A stretch of 64,000 nt of DNA from Candidatus Curtissbacteria bacterium RIFCSPLOWO2_02_41_11 (GTDB lineage: Bacteria; Patescibacteriota; Microgenomatia; Curtissbacterales; GWA2-41-24): contig MFBU01000015.1 in NCBI GenBank assembly GCA_001775055.1, positions 4,487 through 68,486 on the forward strand, read 5' to 3'. The position numbers and the translations under genes are program-made. The notes beneath the pieces were generated by a model. It was not told the DNA's origin. It saw only the letters and a list, made by a program, of their open reading frames with translations, and did not search any database. Shown here one piece after another: positions 18,218 to 27,045 of the stretch; position 1 is the first letter of the stretch; the number at the start of each line of letters is the position of its first letter.

Positions 18218-19312
18218 CTATCTAATTTGCCGCAAGAATGTGGGAATATCGAATTGGTCTTCGTCAATTTGACCGTCTTCACTCGGAGTAACCTCTTCTT
18301 GGGTAAGTGCTTTTTGTTCAGGCTCCTCAATTGTTGTTATTTGGGCAAATCTCCTTCGACTTTCGTCAAAACCGGTAGCAACAACGGTGACTTTAACCTG
18401 ATCAATTAATTTTTCGTCAATGGCCGCTCCAAAAATAATTTGGGCATCCGGGTCGGCTTGAGCAGTAATAACCTTAGCAGCTTCATCAACTTCGTTCATG
18501 GTCATATCCGGACCGCCGGTAATGTTAAAAAGCACACCTCTGGCGCCTTCGATCGAAGCATCCAGAAGCGGCGAGGCAATGGCCGAACGTGCGGCGGTTG
18601 AAGCGCGATTTTCACCGGAGGAAGTACCGACTCCCATCAAAGTGGTTCCGGCATTGGTCATAATCGTTTTGACATCGGCAAAATCAACATTGATTAGACC
18701 CGGCATGACGATAATATCCGAAATTCCCTGAACACCTTGCGAAAGGACAGAATCTGCCAGTTTAAAAGCTTCAAGCAAGGAAACGTTTTTATCGACAACC
18801 TCCAAAAGTTTTTGATTGGGAATAACAATTAGCGTATCAACTTTGTCACGCAGATTCTCAATGCCTTCATCGGCAACAATCATTCTTCTGGTACCTTCAA
18901 AGGCAAACGGTTTGGTAATAACCGCCACCGTCAAAATACCCATTTTGTGCGCCAGATCAGCGATAATCGGACCGCCACCGGTACCGGTTCCGCCGCCTGC
19001 ACCGTAGGTTAAAAAAGCCATGTCGGCACCGGTTATAACCTCTTTGATGCGCTCAAGCGACTCCTCGGCTGCCCTTTTGCCGATTTCCGGATCAGCACCA
19101 GCACCCAGACCTTTGGTGATACCATCTCCAATCTGAACTTTTGTTTGAGCAACTGACGCTAAAAGATGCTGTTGGTCCGTATTAACAGCCACAAAATCGA
19201 CACCCTGAATTTGCGCCTGGGAAATCATTGAATTTAAAGCGTTGGTGCCGCCGCCGCCAAGGCCTAAAACTTTTATTTTGGCAAATTTATTGACATCCGG
19301 TTTTATTAACAT
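18218..19312 (-). CDS. ftsZ: Cell division protein FtsZ
   Basis: GLGGGGTNA, GGGTGTG, GLINVDFAD, C-terminal DIPTFLR. Confidence 0.99.
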   Translation of the reverse strand: MLIKPDVNKFAKIKVLGLGGGGTNALNSMISQAQIQGVDFVAVNTDQQHLLASVAQTKVQIGDGITKGLGAGADPEIGKRAAEESLERIKEVITGADMAFLTYGAGGGTGTGGGPIIADLAHKMGILTVAVITKPFAFEGTRRMIVADEGIENLRDKVDTLIVIPNQKLLEVVDKNVSLLEAFKLADSVLSQGVQGISDIIVMPGLINVDFADVKTIMTNAGTTLMGVGTSSGENRASTAARSAIASPLLDASIEGARGVLFNITGGPDMTMNEVDEAAKVITAQADPDAQIIFGAAIDEKLIDQVKVTVVATGFDESRRRFAQITTIEEPEQKALTQEEVTPSEDGQIDEDQFDIPTFLRQIR

Positions 19313-19460
19313 TTTTCCCTATCAGTTTAGAGGTGACTTGAAGCTGCGACACAATTTAACACAGGAGAGATCTATTTGCAAGAGCAAAATTTTAGATGGA
19401 GATAATGAGTGTAGTAGAGGCTTTTGTGATTTGGTGCAAAATTCGGGGACGGTTTTCGAA

Positions 19461-19937
19461 CTACATGTATTTTTGTTTAAAAGCTTCCAAGGCCTTTGAT
19501 AAAGGAGGCACGTTATATTTGGCTCTCTCTTCATCAGTAACTGATGCATCTAAAGGTTGGACCACTTCCCATTCACCTTGACTGTTTTGGATAAATTGTG
19601 TCCCAAACTTTTGAGGTTTGCCAACCGACAAAAGCCATCTATCTAGAGATGCTGCAAAAAGCCATTTTGCTCTTTCATCACCCATTTCCATTGCTTTTCT
19701 CGCAAGTTCATTTGCCTTTTGGAAGTCTTTAGAGGCTTCTCCGTGCTGAAAAATTAAGGCTGCATGATAAAAATCTTTGGCGACCTTAAGACCTCCAGAG
19801 TCGATTATTTCCTTAACTCTTTTCCTGCGTTCCTTATCATGTTCCAAAAGCTCTTCATCAGCACCAACTTTGGAAGAACCAAGTTTTTTCCTCTCGTTAA
19901 CGTCAGCTTTATAAAGCGCCTTCAATTCTTCATTCAT
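19461..19937 (-). CDS. Conserved hypothetical protein (DUF6624-like)
   Basis: AALIFQHG, A.SLDRWL...GKPQKFGTQF, DEERAKYNVPPL. Confidence 0.7.
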   Translation of the reverse strand: MNEELKALYKADVNERKKLGSSKVGADEELLEHDKERRKRVKEIIDSGGLKVAKDFYHAALIFQHGEASKDFQKANELARKAMEMGDERAKWLFAASLDRWLLSVGKPQKFGTQFIQNSQGEWEVVQPLDASVTDEERAKYNVPPLSKALEAFKQKYM

Positions 19938-19975
19938 GATTGTAGAAGTATATCATGAAAAACTTGAGGCTAAAA

Positions 19976-20034
19976 AGTGGCGCTCGCCATTCTGTAGCTT
20001 TAGCGAAAGATGGCTCCCCAATGTTAGCGCCACT
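19976..20034. repeat. Nested hairpin / REP-like element
   Basis: AGTGGCGCT...AGCGCCACT enclosing CCATTCTGTAGCTTTAGCGAAAGATGG. Confidence 0.7.
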
Positions 20035-20146
20035 AACCGAGTTTGACTCGACGCACTTAGGAGGTATTTTCTAGAGAGAGAATTTGAGCCGATATTTACT
20101 TAAATTTGGCTCCGCTGGCTAGACGACGTTAGAACCTATTTTATAA

Positions 20147-20479
20147 CTACCAGCTGTGGCCAAGTTCACATAATTTCAACCACACTTTTACGTCTCCTAC
20201 AGAGGGTAAATTTTCTTTAATATAAGCCATTACTTCTCTACAAATTTCGTCTTGCTTCTGAACTCTTTCGGAAAAAGAGTGGGCAGTAATCTCTAGTTCC
20301 ACGCGGCCTATCATTTCTCCGCCACTTACTTGTATGAATCTAACACTTATCTCTTTTGTAGTTAGCTTAACATCTCCGCAGGTAAGCTTTTCTGCAAGGA
20401 ATTCTTTCAGCTTTGGGACAAAGAATTGTAGTTCTTTACTGTTTTTCTGTTGAACAAAATAGAGATTTACAGTAGGCAC
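20147..20479 (-). CDS. Hypothetical protein, possible tautomerase-like fold
   Basis: N-terminal Pro after the initiator; beta-alpha-beta duplication pattern. Confidence 0.55.
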   Translation of the reverse strand: MPTVNLYFVQQKNSKELQFFVPKLKEFLAEKLTCGDVKLTTKEISVRFIQVSGGEMIGRVELEITAHSFSERVQKQDEICREVMAYIKENLPSVGDVKVWLKLCELGHSW

Positions 20480-20605
20480 AGATCTATTATATCAAGGAGC
20501 AAGAATGTTGGTGTCCCACTATTTGCGCACTTAGGACGTTTTTTCTAGAGACTGAGGTCGTGTTTGAGCCGAGATTTTTATAATGGGACGATTTCAGAAT
20601 TATAA

Positions 20606-21133
20606 CTAATTGAAATATTCTGAAAGTTTGTTTTGTCCAAGTTCTCCCCAAGGATGGACTTCATATTTTGCACCATTTTCCCTTAAAAGCTCTATATAAG
20701 CTTCAGTACTGATAGTTAACATACCTCTATGTGTAATGAATTCGAGTAACTTTCTTAATTCACCATCAACTGGCCAAAATCTAGTTATTCTAATAGCTGA
20801 TGCTATTAAATTTATAGCCATATCACTAGCATTTAAAAAATCATTGGTACTAGGCAGTGTGTGGTCTCTATGACATCTGCCTTCGGGATGTGTATGCATA
20901 AGTATGTCTGAGTCTCTGGGCATAACATATGCAGGAACTCCAAGTTCACTTGCCTTTATCACAAACCAGTTTGGCTTTTGGTATACAAAACCAGACTCAT
21001 CCTTTAAAGTGGTTGTCCATCTTAATAATTCTGGAGATGGTTCTTCGGCAAGTAAACCCACCTGTATTCTTTCAAAATTTTTTACTAACAATTCCTTCGG
21101 ATCGACTAAAGGCGGTAATTGTCTTTCTACCAT
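20606..21133 (-). CDS. Hypothetical protein with JAB/MPN-like metal motif
   Basis: E...MHTHP-x10-PSTND. Confidence 0.6.
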   Translation of the reverse strand: MVERQLPPLVDPKELLVKNFERIQVGLLAEEPSPELLRWTTTLKDESGFVYQKPNWFVIKASELGVPAYVMPRDSDILMHTHPEGRCHRDHTLPSTNDFLNASDMAINLIASAIRITRFWPVDGELRKLLEFITHRGMLTISTEAYIELLRENGAKYEVHPWGELGQNKLSEYFN

Positions 21134-21220
21134 AGAGGGAATTATTATACTATTCCGAAGCTAAATTGGCAAACTATGAGATACTGATGTGATTGTGATG
21201 GAACGATTTTCGGACTGAAT

Positions 21221-21442
21221 TTATGAAGCAAGTGCTTGTTGCTTCACTTCTTTAGGAAAAACCTCAGAAGTTTCTTTTAGAAATTTTGAGGCATTAAGAA
21301 TTTCCAATAACAAGAGCTCGCCTTTGGCCGATAAATGAGAAATAATATTTCCAGACTGTTGAGCATCATCGATCTTCCCTTTTCCAAGGAAAACCATCAA
21401 TACATCATCTTCTTGATCATAACGATATTTAACTCTCGCCAT
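21221..21442 (-). CDS. DUF2283 family protein (putative antitoxin)
   Basis: YRYDQEDDVLMVFL...GELLLLEILNAS; start ATG 21442. Confidence 0.85.
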   Translation of the reverse strand: MARVKYRYDQEDDVLMVFLGKGKIDDAQQSGNIISHLSAKGELLLLEILNASKFLKETSEVFPKEVKQQALAS

Positions 21443-21684
21443 ATCTACCCTTTCTGTAAATGTAGAAAGTAATGACAATTATATCATTTCTTTTGCTTTC
21501 TATACACTACTCGGAGATTATGCCTTTTATCAAAACCAGTAGCAACTATTGAATTGTCGTTGTCCAAAGAGCGATATTTAGGGTTTTTAATTGTGTCAGA
21601 AATTTTCGATTTGGTAATAATAATTCCAAATATCCTAAGATCGGAAAATTTCTTTTCGGCATGTTTTGTATACTTAATCTTCAC
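21429..21684 (-). pseudogene. DUF4258-like putative toxin, frameshifted near the 3' end
   Basis: MKIKYTKHA...LRVVYRKQKK* continues in the +1 frame as NDIIVITFYIYRKGRYGES*. Confidence 0.7.
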
Positions 21685-21825
21685 ACAGAAATTGTATCAT
21701 GAAGATAAGAAATCAGATTAAGACTACATTGTGCTCCAACGGGACGGTTTTCGAACTAGATTTGAAGTGACCTTTTAAACTATGTTAATTTTGGAATATC
21801 CTATCAATCAAACCCAGGACCGTCC

Positions 21826-22116
21826 CTAATTCCGATTTCTGTAAATTAAAATCTGTCCGAGTATTATTCCCGTTGTTATCATTCCCGCTCCTTGTCCGAT
21901 GATAAGAACATTATCTTTTTGATAAATTCCGTGTATTGTCCAAAGAAAATAAGAAACAAATGCTAAAAGAAAGAAAATCGTTGAAATTCCTTCAGTGGAT
22001 TTACGCTTATAAATCTTTTTTATCTGGTCAGGAAGACCTATCACTTTTACGAATATTGCAACTGTCGTTGTAAGAAATCCAATTACGCTAGCTATCGTTA
22101 ATCCATCCATACGCAA
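21826..22116 (-). CDS. SemiSWEET/PQ-loop family transporter
   Basis: GLPDQIKKIYKRKSTEGIS, LWTIHGI; three TM segments. Confidence 0.8.
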   Translation of the reverse strand: MRMDGLTIASVIGFLTTTVAIFVKVIGLPDQIKKIYKRKSTEGISTIFFLLAFVSYFLWTIHGIYQKDNVLIIGQGAGMITTGIILGQILIYRNRN

Positions 22117-22157
22117 AAGTATAGCAGAAAAAACCAGTAAGTATTACAATTTGAGCC

Positions 22158-22691
22158 GTGGAAAATATAAAAGTTATAAAAGGTACACTAAAACAATTCG
22201 AAGTTTTTTACAGATTGTGGAGAAAAACACTTGAGGGCGGTCTTTTTCTTTACTCAAAGAACAGTGTTAGATTCATGATTGAAGAAGAACTCCCAAAAGC
22301 ATTTCTGAAAGCAGAAATCAGAAAGGGCAATAAATATCTTTTCGTCGCCTACCAAGATGATATACCGGTAGGCTATTTATTAACTAACAAAACAAAAGGG
22401 GGCATAGCCTTTGGTCATTGGCTCGGAGTGAATTCCAAATTCCAGAAACAGGGAGCAGCTACAGCACTACTTTCATTTTGGGAAAAAGATGCACTAGAAG
22501 AAGGTGCGCATAAATTACAGCTCTGGACAACTAGAAATAATCTGACTTTTTATAAAAATAGAGGCTTTACAAAAGGTGGCAGCTTTCCAGAGAGCTGGTT
22601 TGGACTAGACCACTTCCTTTTCTATAAAACCTTGAGAAAATCTGATGAAAAACTTTTTCTTAGAGATTTTTTAAAGAAGAAAAGTGGCTAA
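22158..22691 (+). CDS. GNAT family N-acetyltransferase
   Basis: WLGVNSKFQKQGAA (motif A), FYKNRGF. Confidence 0.88.
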   Translation: MENIKVIKGTLKQFEVFYRLWRKTLEGGLFLYSKNSVRFMIEEELPKAFLKAEIRKGNKYLFVAYQDDIPVGYLLTNKTKGGIAFGHWLGVNSKFQKQGAATALLSFWEKDALEEGAHKLQLWTTRNNLTFYKNRGFTKGGSFPESWFGLDHFLFYKTLRKSDEKLFLRDFLKKKSG

Positions 22692-22791
22692 AAATCATTG
22701 TTCCATACGTTGTCAGAGCAACCTGTATATGGAGTCACATGAGAACTTTTAAGAACTATGTGATACCTTTTTGGGCGGATGTGGTGCCGAA

Positions 22792-24069
22792 TCAGGGAAG
22801 AATTGATTTAATTAGATCAAGACCTTTGTTAACCAGACCTTTTATCTCTATCCTGCCAACCAACGGCAACCTGACTTCTTCCTGTTGATAGTCAGCTCCG
22901 TAGATAACAAGACCAAGACTGGCGGCATAAGCCGGTGAAGCAACTTCATCAACAAGACCGGTTGCACCAGAAGGCAAGCCAATTCTAACCGGCATCCCCA
23001 GTTCTTGTTTAGCCAAATCAACCATACCGCAAGTTTCTGCGCCGCCGCCGGTTAAAACGACACCTGAGGGCGTCAGACCAGCAAAGTTCGACTTTTGAAT
23101 TTCCAATTTAACCATATTTAAAATCTCCCTGACTCTTGGCTTCATAATGCCGTCAGTTAAGGTTTTTTTAGAAACATTACGGATATCCTCGTCAATTGAA
23201 AGACTGGCGATATCAAGTACATCCGATTCTTTTTTATCGACAGATTCTCCTTTTTCATCAACTTCGACGGCAATTTTAGGCGGACGAGAAAGGGCAAGCT
23301 TGATTTTTTCTGCCGAATCAAGTGAAATCCTCAGTCCAATTGCCAAGTCATTAGTCACATTTCTGGCACCGATTGGTAAAACCGAACAATAAGCCGGAGC
23401 GCCTTCAACAAAAATGCAGATATCGGTTGTACCTCCGCCGAAATCGACTAAAATTACGCCCAGTTCGCGCTCGGTGTCGGTTAACACCGAATAAGACGAG
23501 GCCAAGCCGGAAAAGACCATTCCTTCAACGTCAATACCGATAGTTGAAATGCATTTGGCGATATTACGAAGAGCAGTCGTTGCTCCGGTTACTATATGGG
23601 TTTCAACCTCCATTCTGACTCCATTCATGCCAATGGGATCCTTAATGCCGCTTTGCGAATCGACAATAAAATATCTTGGAATCACATGCAGAATTTCTCT
23701 TGATGAAGGTAGTGAAATTGCCCGGGCCGCTTCAATTACTCGCATGACATCGTCTTGCGAGATTTCACCATGGGGATCAGATACCGCAACCACGCCTTTG
23801 GAATTTTGCGACTCGATGTGGGTACCGTCAACAGAAACAAAAGCGGTTCCTGCAGAATATCCGGCCATCCGTTCTGCAGCCTCAAGCGAGGCAGTTATCG
23901 AAGCTACCGCCTCATCAATATCGACAACCTGGCCTTTGCGAAGACCGCGTGAAGGTTGGGAAGATACGCCAATTATATTAACGGAAGACGCAGCTTGGAC
24001 TGTAGTGATAATCGTAGTAACTTTGGAGGAACCAACATCAATACCAACCACAACTTTATCTTTAGACAT
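22792..24069 (-). CDS. ftsA: Cell division protein FtsA
   Basis: GIDVGSSK, VDFGGGTT, AEKIK, VLTGGGA. Confidence 0.98.
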   Translation of the reverse strand: MSKDKVVVGIDVGSSKVTTIITTVQAASSVNIIGVSSQPSRGLRKGQVVDIDEAVASITASLEAAERMAGYSAGTAFVSVDGTHIESQNSKGVVAVSDPHGEISQDDVMRVIEAARAISLPSSREILHVIPRYFIVDSQSGIKDPIGMNGVRMEVETHIVTGATTALRNIAKCISTIGIDVEGMVFSGLASSYSVLTDTERELGVILVDFGGGTTDICIFVEGAPAYCSVLPIGARNVTNDLAIGLRISLDSAEKIKLALSRPPKIAVEVDEKGESVDKKESDVLDIASLSIDEDIRNVSKKTLTDGIMKPRVREILNMVKLEIQKSNFAGLTPSGVVLTGGGAETCGMVDLAKQELGMPVRIGLPSGATGLVDEVASPAYAASLGLVIYGADYQQEEVRLPLVGRIEIKGLVNKGLDLIKSILP

Positions 24070-24077
24070 AATTTAAA

Positions 24078-24116
24078 GAGTACCACGAGTATCAAGAGTA
24101 CCACGGGTACCAAGAG
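24078..24116. repeat. 9-bp tandem repeat, intergenic ftsQ-ftsA
   Basis: GAGTACCAC GAGTATCAA GAGTACCAC GGGTACCAA GAG; a related tract lies at 30291-30355. Confidence 0.8.
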
Positions 24117-24121
24117 TTTTT

Positions 24122-24811
24122 TTATTGGCGATAGCTAATGACCGGTTTATCAAAGCGCAAGTCGATTTTGGCAATTTTTGCAGACTCTATTTTAGCTTTA
24201 GATATAACTTGCTGTAAAGAGTCAACCTGTACTTCTTTATCTTTTTTTGAAGAAAAAATAGCCAGTTGCCCCTGTTGATTATAAATTACCACTTCATCAT
24301 TACCCACGATGCGGACATTGACGGGCAAAAAATCGGATTTTAAAAGTTTGGATGTCGTTTGAATTGCAAAAATTGCCGTCGGGTCGGAAATCTTTTGGCC
24401 TAAAACAACTTTAACCTCCGGTGGTAAAAAAATGATCGGATTATCTTTTTGTGAAATGCCTTCTGTAACCTGTCCATCATCAGTTAACATGAAATTAGTC
24501 CCTTCAATTTTAACCACTGGTTCTTTAACAGTAATCTTAATTTCCAGTTTAGAAGGAAATTTCTTACCAACCTCAATATTCCCAATACAGCTATATTGGC
24601 TTTTGAGCGTATTTTCTAATTTTCCTTTGGAAATAAAAAATAGATTTTTGGAATTTTTAAGCGCATCAAAGACATCTTGGGCTTTAAGACAATCCTGATT
24701 TTGAGAAATATCTATTTTTTGGGCTTTGAATAACGGTGAATAAAACAGCGCAAAGACAATAATTAGAATAATAACTGCAAAAATTAGGGCAGGTTTGAAA
24801 ACTAGCGACAT
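24122..24811 (-). CDS. ftsQ: Cell division protein FtsQ/DivIB
   Basis: N-terminal TM, POTRA (KKFPSKLEIKI), C-terminal IDLRFDKPV; position in the dcw cluster. Confidence 0.85.
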   Translation of the reverse strand: MSLVFKPALIFAVIILIIVFALFYSPLFKAQKIDISQNQDCLKAQDVFDALKNSKNLFFISKGKLENTLKSQYSCIGNIEVGKKFPSKLEIKITVKEPVVKIEGTNFMLTDDGQVTEGISQKDNPIIFLPPEVKVVLGQKISDPTAIFAIQTTSKLLKSDFLPVNVRIVGNDEVVIYNQQGQLAIFSSKKDKEVQVDSLQQVISKAKIESAKIAKIDLRFDKPVISYRQ

Positions 24812-24827
24812 ACTTTAAGTATACCTT

Positions 24828-25928
24828 TTAGACACAAAATTTGCGGATAAAAAGAGCCATTTTTAAGGCGGCATCAAGAGGCAGGGTTTTTTGGAATTTT
24901 TGGGCGTCATTTTTGTATTTTGCATAGTCGGTGATTATTTGGCCAACAGCCGTTTTTATAACTTTTGAATCTGTATCTTTTTGTCCAATGACAATTGACG
25001 AGCCGGCCTTTTCTAGAATCTTGGCATTGGCTTTTTGTTCACCTAAAGCAGCAATTGGCAAGGGCACTAGAATTGCCGGTTTTGCTAAAGCCGCCAGTTC
25101 CCAAACCGTATTGGCTCCGGATCTTGAAATGACAACGGACGCTTTATTTAAAACTGCCCCAATATCTTCCGGTTGGATGTAATCGATGGCCAAATAGTTT
25201 TTTTGCTTTAGTCTTGCGGCAAAATCCCAATCGCCTTTGAAGTTAGCTGTTCCGACCTGATGAAAAATATGATAGTTGTCAAAAATATCTAAGGAGGTAA
25301 ATACCAGCTTATTTAAAAAATGCGAGCCTTGATTGCCACCGGTTATCAAGATCAACTTTTTACTTTTGTTGAGAAATTGACTAATTTTAATCGACTTAGC
25401 ACTTGTTTTAAATATCGACTTTCTAATTAAATTGCCAATTACCTGACATTTTTCTTTTGGAAAGTAACTTAGAGTTTGCGGCCAGGAAAGAAACAGCTTC
25501 TTGGCAAAAATAGAGTTTATTTTGGTAGCAAGTCCCGGTATTATCGATTGTTCGTGAGCAATTGTAGCAATGCCTAAAAGCCAACCGCTAAATACTACTG
25601 GTACCGACAGATAACCTCCGAAGGAAATAATAAGAGTGGGTCTTTCAATAAGCAAAAAAATAAACGACTCCAGAAATCCCAAGGGTATTTTTAGAAGAGA
25701 AGGAATAGTAAACTTAGTAAATTTACGCTGAAGTCTGCCAGTTTCTACTGAAAAAAAACGGATTCCTTTTTGGGTAATAACGCGATATTCGGCAGATAAA
25801 CTTTCTGAGCCTTCAGTTGCATATTTTCGCCCGAAAAACAAAATTTGACAATTTTTATCATTTTCAAACTGCTCAATAAGTGCCAAGGCAGGAGTTAAGT
25901 GCCCACCGCAAATAACAATTTTTTTCAT
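24828..25928 (-). CDS. murG: Undecaprenyl-PP-MurNAc-pentapeptide GlcNAc transferase
   Basis: GGHLTPA, FGGYLS, HEQ, TGGNQGS, SRSGANT, EQKANA. Confidence 0.95.
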   Translation of the reverse strand: MKKIVICGGHLTPALALIEQFENDKNCQILFFGRKYATEGSESLSAEYRVITQKGIRFFSVETGRLQRKFTKFTIPSLLKIPLGFLESFIFLLIERPTLIISFGGYLSVPVVFSGWLLGIATIAHEQSIIPGLATKINSIFAKKLFLSWPQTLSYFPKEKCQVIGNLIRKSIFKTSAKSIKISQFLNKSKKLILITGGNQGSHFLNKLVFTSLDIFDNYHIFHQVGTANFKGDWDFAARLKQKNYLAIDYIQPEDIGAVLNKASVVISRSGANTVWELAALAKPAILVPLPIAALGEQKANAKILEKAGSSIVIGQKDTDSKVIKTAVGQIITDYAKYKNDAQKFQKTLPLDAALKMALFIRKFCV

Positions 25929-27040
25929 CCTTGTCTTTTAATATTTAAGAGAATGCCAATAGCCGACATAGTTACAAATAATGATGAGCCTCCATATGAA
26001 ATAAAAGGAAGAGGCACTCCAGTTAAGGGAACGAGTGCAACATTTGAGGCTAAGTTAAATAATATCTGTAGTGATAAAAGACCAACGATACCCATGGCCA
26101 ATATTTTCCCTTGATAATCTGGACTTTGCCTGGCAATGGTCAGCGCTCTGGTTATTAAAAATAAAAACAGTGAGATCAGAAAAATGGCACCGATGAAGCC
26201 TAATTCTTCGACAAATACAGCAAAAATGGCATCGCTGTGCACTTCGGGAATAAAGGCAAATTTGCTTCGAGAATACCCGAGTCCCACGCCTTTGAGACCA
26301 CCGGCAGAAAGTGCTGTAATGATCTGGCTTATTTGGTAAGAAGCACCCTGAGGATCGTAACTTGGATCAATAAAAGACCTTAACCTTTCAAGTCTGTAAG
26401 GTTGAGTAATAATCGCTGTTACCCCAGCAGCAACAATAACCGGAACTAGCATTAAAAAATGCCATAGTGGCGCACGGCCGACAAAGTAAATCACCATCGC
26501 TATACCTATAAACATTAAGGAAGTTCCTAAATCCGGTTCAACCAAAACAAGGAAGGTGAGCAAAAATACAGGCAAAAATAAAACAAGTGCAATATCCTTT
26601 AGGCTAATCTTAAAGTTTTCAAATTTGACCATTATCGAAGCTGCATAAAAAATAATGGCAAGCTTGGCAAATTCAGACGGCTGAAAGGTAAAACTGCCCA
26701 GATTAATCCAGCGTTTAGCCCCGTAAGCCTCGGTTCCGATATGGGGTATCAAAACCAATATCAGAAGCAGTGCAGCCAGTCCCATAATCGGCAAGCTTAG
26801 TCTCAAAAGTTTACGGTAATTGAAAAAACTGAAAAATCCCAGCGCCATAAAAGAAAGACTAGCCCAAATGAGCTGATTTTTAAAATAGTAAAGTTTATCG
26901 CCGAAATCGCGATAAGCTGCAACTACAGAAGCATCATAGATTACCAAAAGCCCAATTAAAACCAGAAGAGTTGTTGCACCCAAAAGCCAGATGTCGATTT
27001 TTGCTTTTTGGGATTTTAAGACCTGACTTTTATCTTCCAT
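25925..27040 (-). CDS. ftsW: SEDS family protein FtsW
   Basis: AKRWINLG, QPSEFAK, PEVHSDAIFA, GVPLPFISYGGSS; dcw context. Confidence 0.93.
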   Translation of the reverse strand: MEDKSQVLKSQKAKIDIWLLGATTLLVLIGLLVIYDASVVAAYRDFGDKLYYFKNQLIWASLSFMALGFFSFFNYRKLLRLSLPIMGLAALLLILVLIPHIGTEAYGAKRWINLGSFTFQPSEFAKLAIIFYAASIMVKFENFKISLKDIALVLFLPVFLLTFLVLVEPDLGTSLMFIGIAMVIYFVGRAPLWHFLMLVPVIVAAGVTAIITQPYRLERLRSFIDPSYDPQGASYQISQIITALSAGGLKGVGLGYSRSKFAFIPEVHSDAIFAVFVEELGFIGAIFLISLFLFLITRALTIARQSPDYQGKILAMGIVGLLSLQILFNLASNVALVPLTGVPLPFISYGGSSLFVTMSAIGILLNIKRQG

Positions 27041-27045
27041 AATTT

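Larger units (their letters stand above)
19432..22808. mobile_element. Cassette-like accessory island between ftsA and ftsZ, with repeated att-like motifs
   Basis: Seven small unrelated genes. Identical 18-mer GGGACGGTTTTCGAACTA at 19446 and 21741, with degenerate copies in most spacers and at the ftsA stop. Confidence 0.65.

Noticed and set aside
19242..19581. Short ORFs 19242-19499, 19322-19549 and 19396-19581
   Set aside because: They overlap ftsZ or the 19461 gene and have no recognisable motifs beyond the att-like tail already reported.
19432..21758. tRNA genes at the GTTCGAA...GCACCA-like motifs
   Set aside because: No D arm, anticodon arm or pairing acceptor stem can be built; only a 3'-end resemblance.
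19432..22808. Classical integron
   Set aside because: No intI, no clear RYYYAAC...GTTRRRY attC palindromes, and the cargo genes have their own promoters.
23549..24076. 175-aa plus-strand ORF, and similar antisense ORFs over ileS, ftsZ, metK, murA and glyQS
   Set aside because: Antisense shadows of well-conserved genes.
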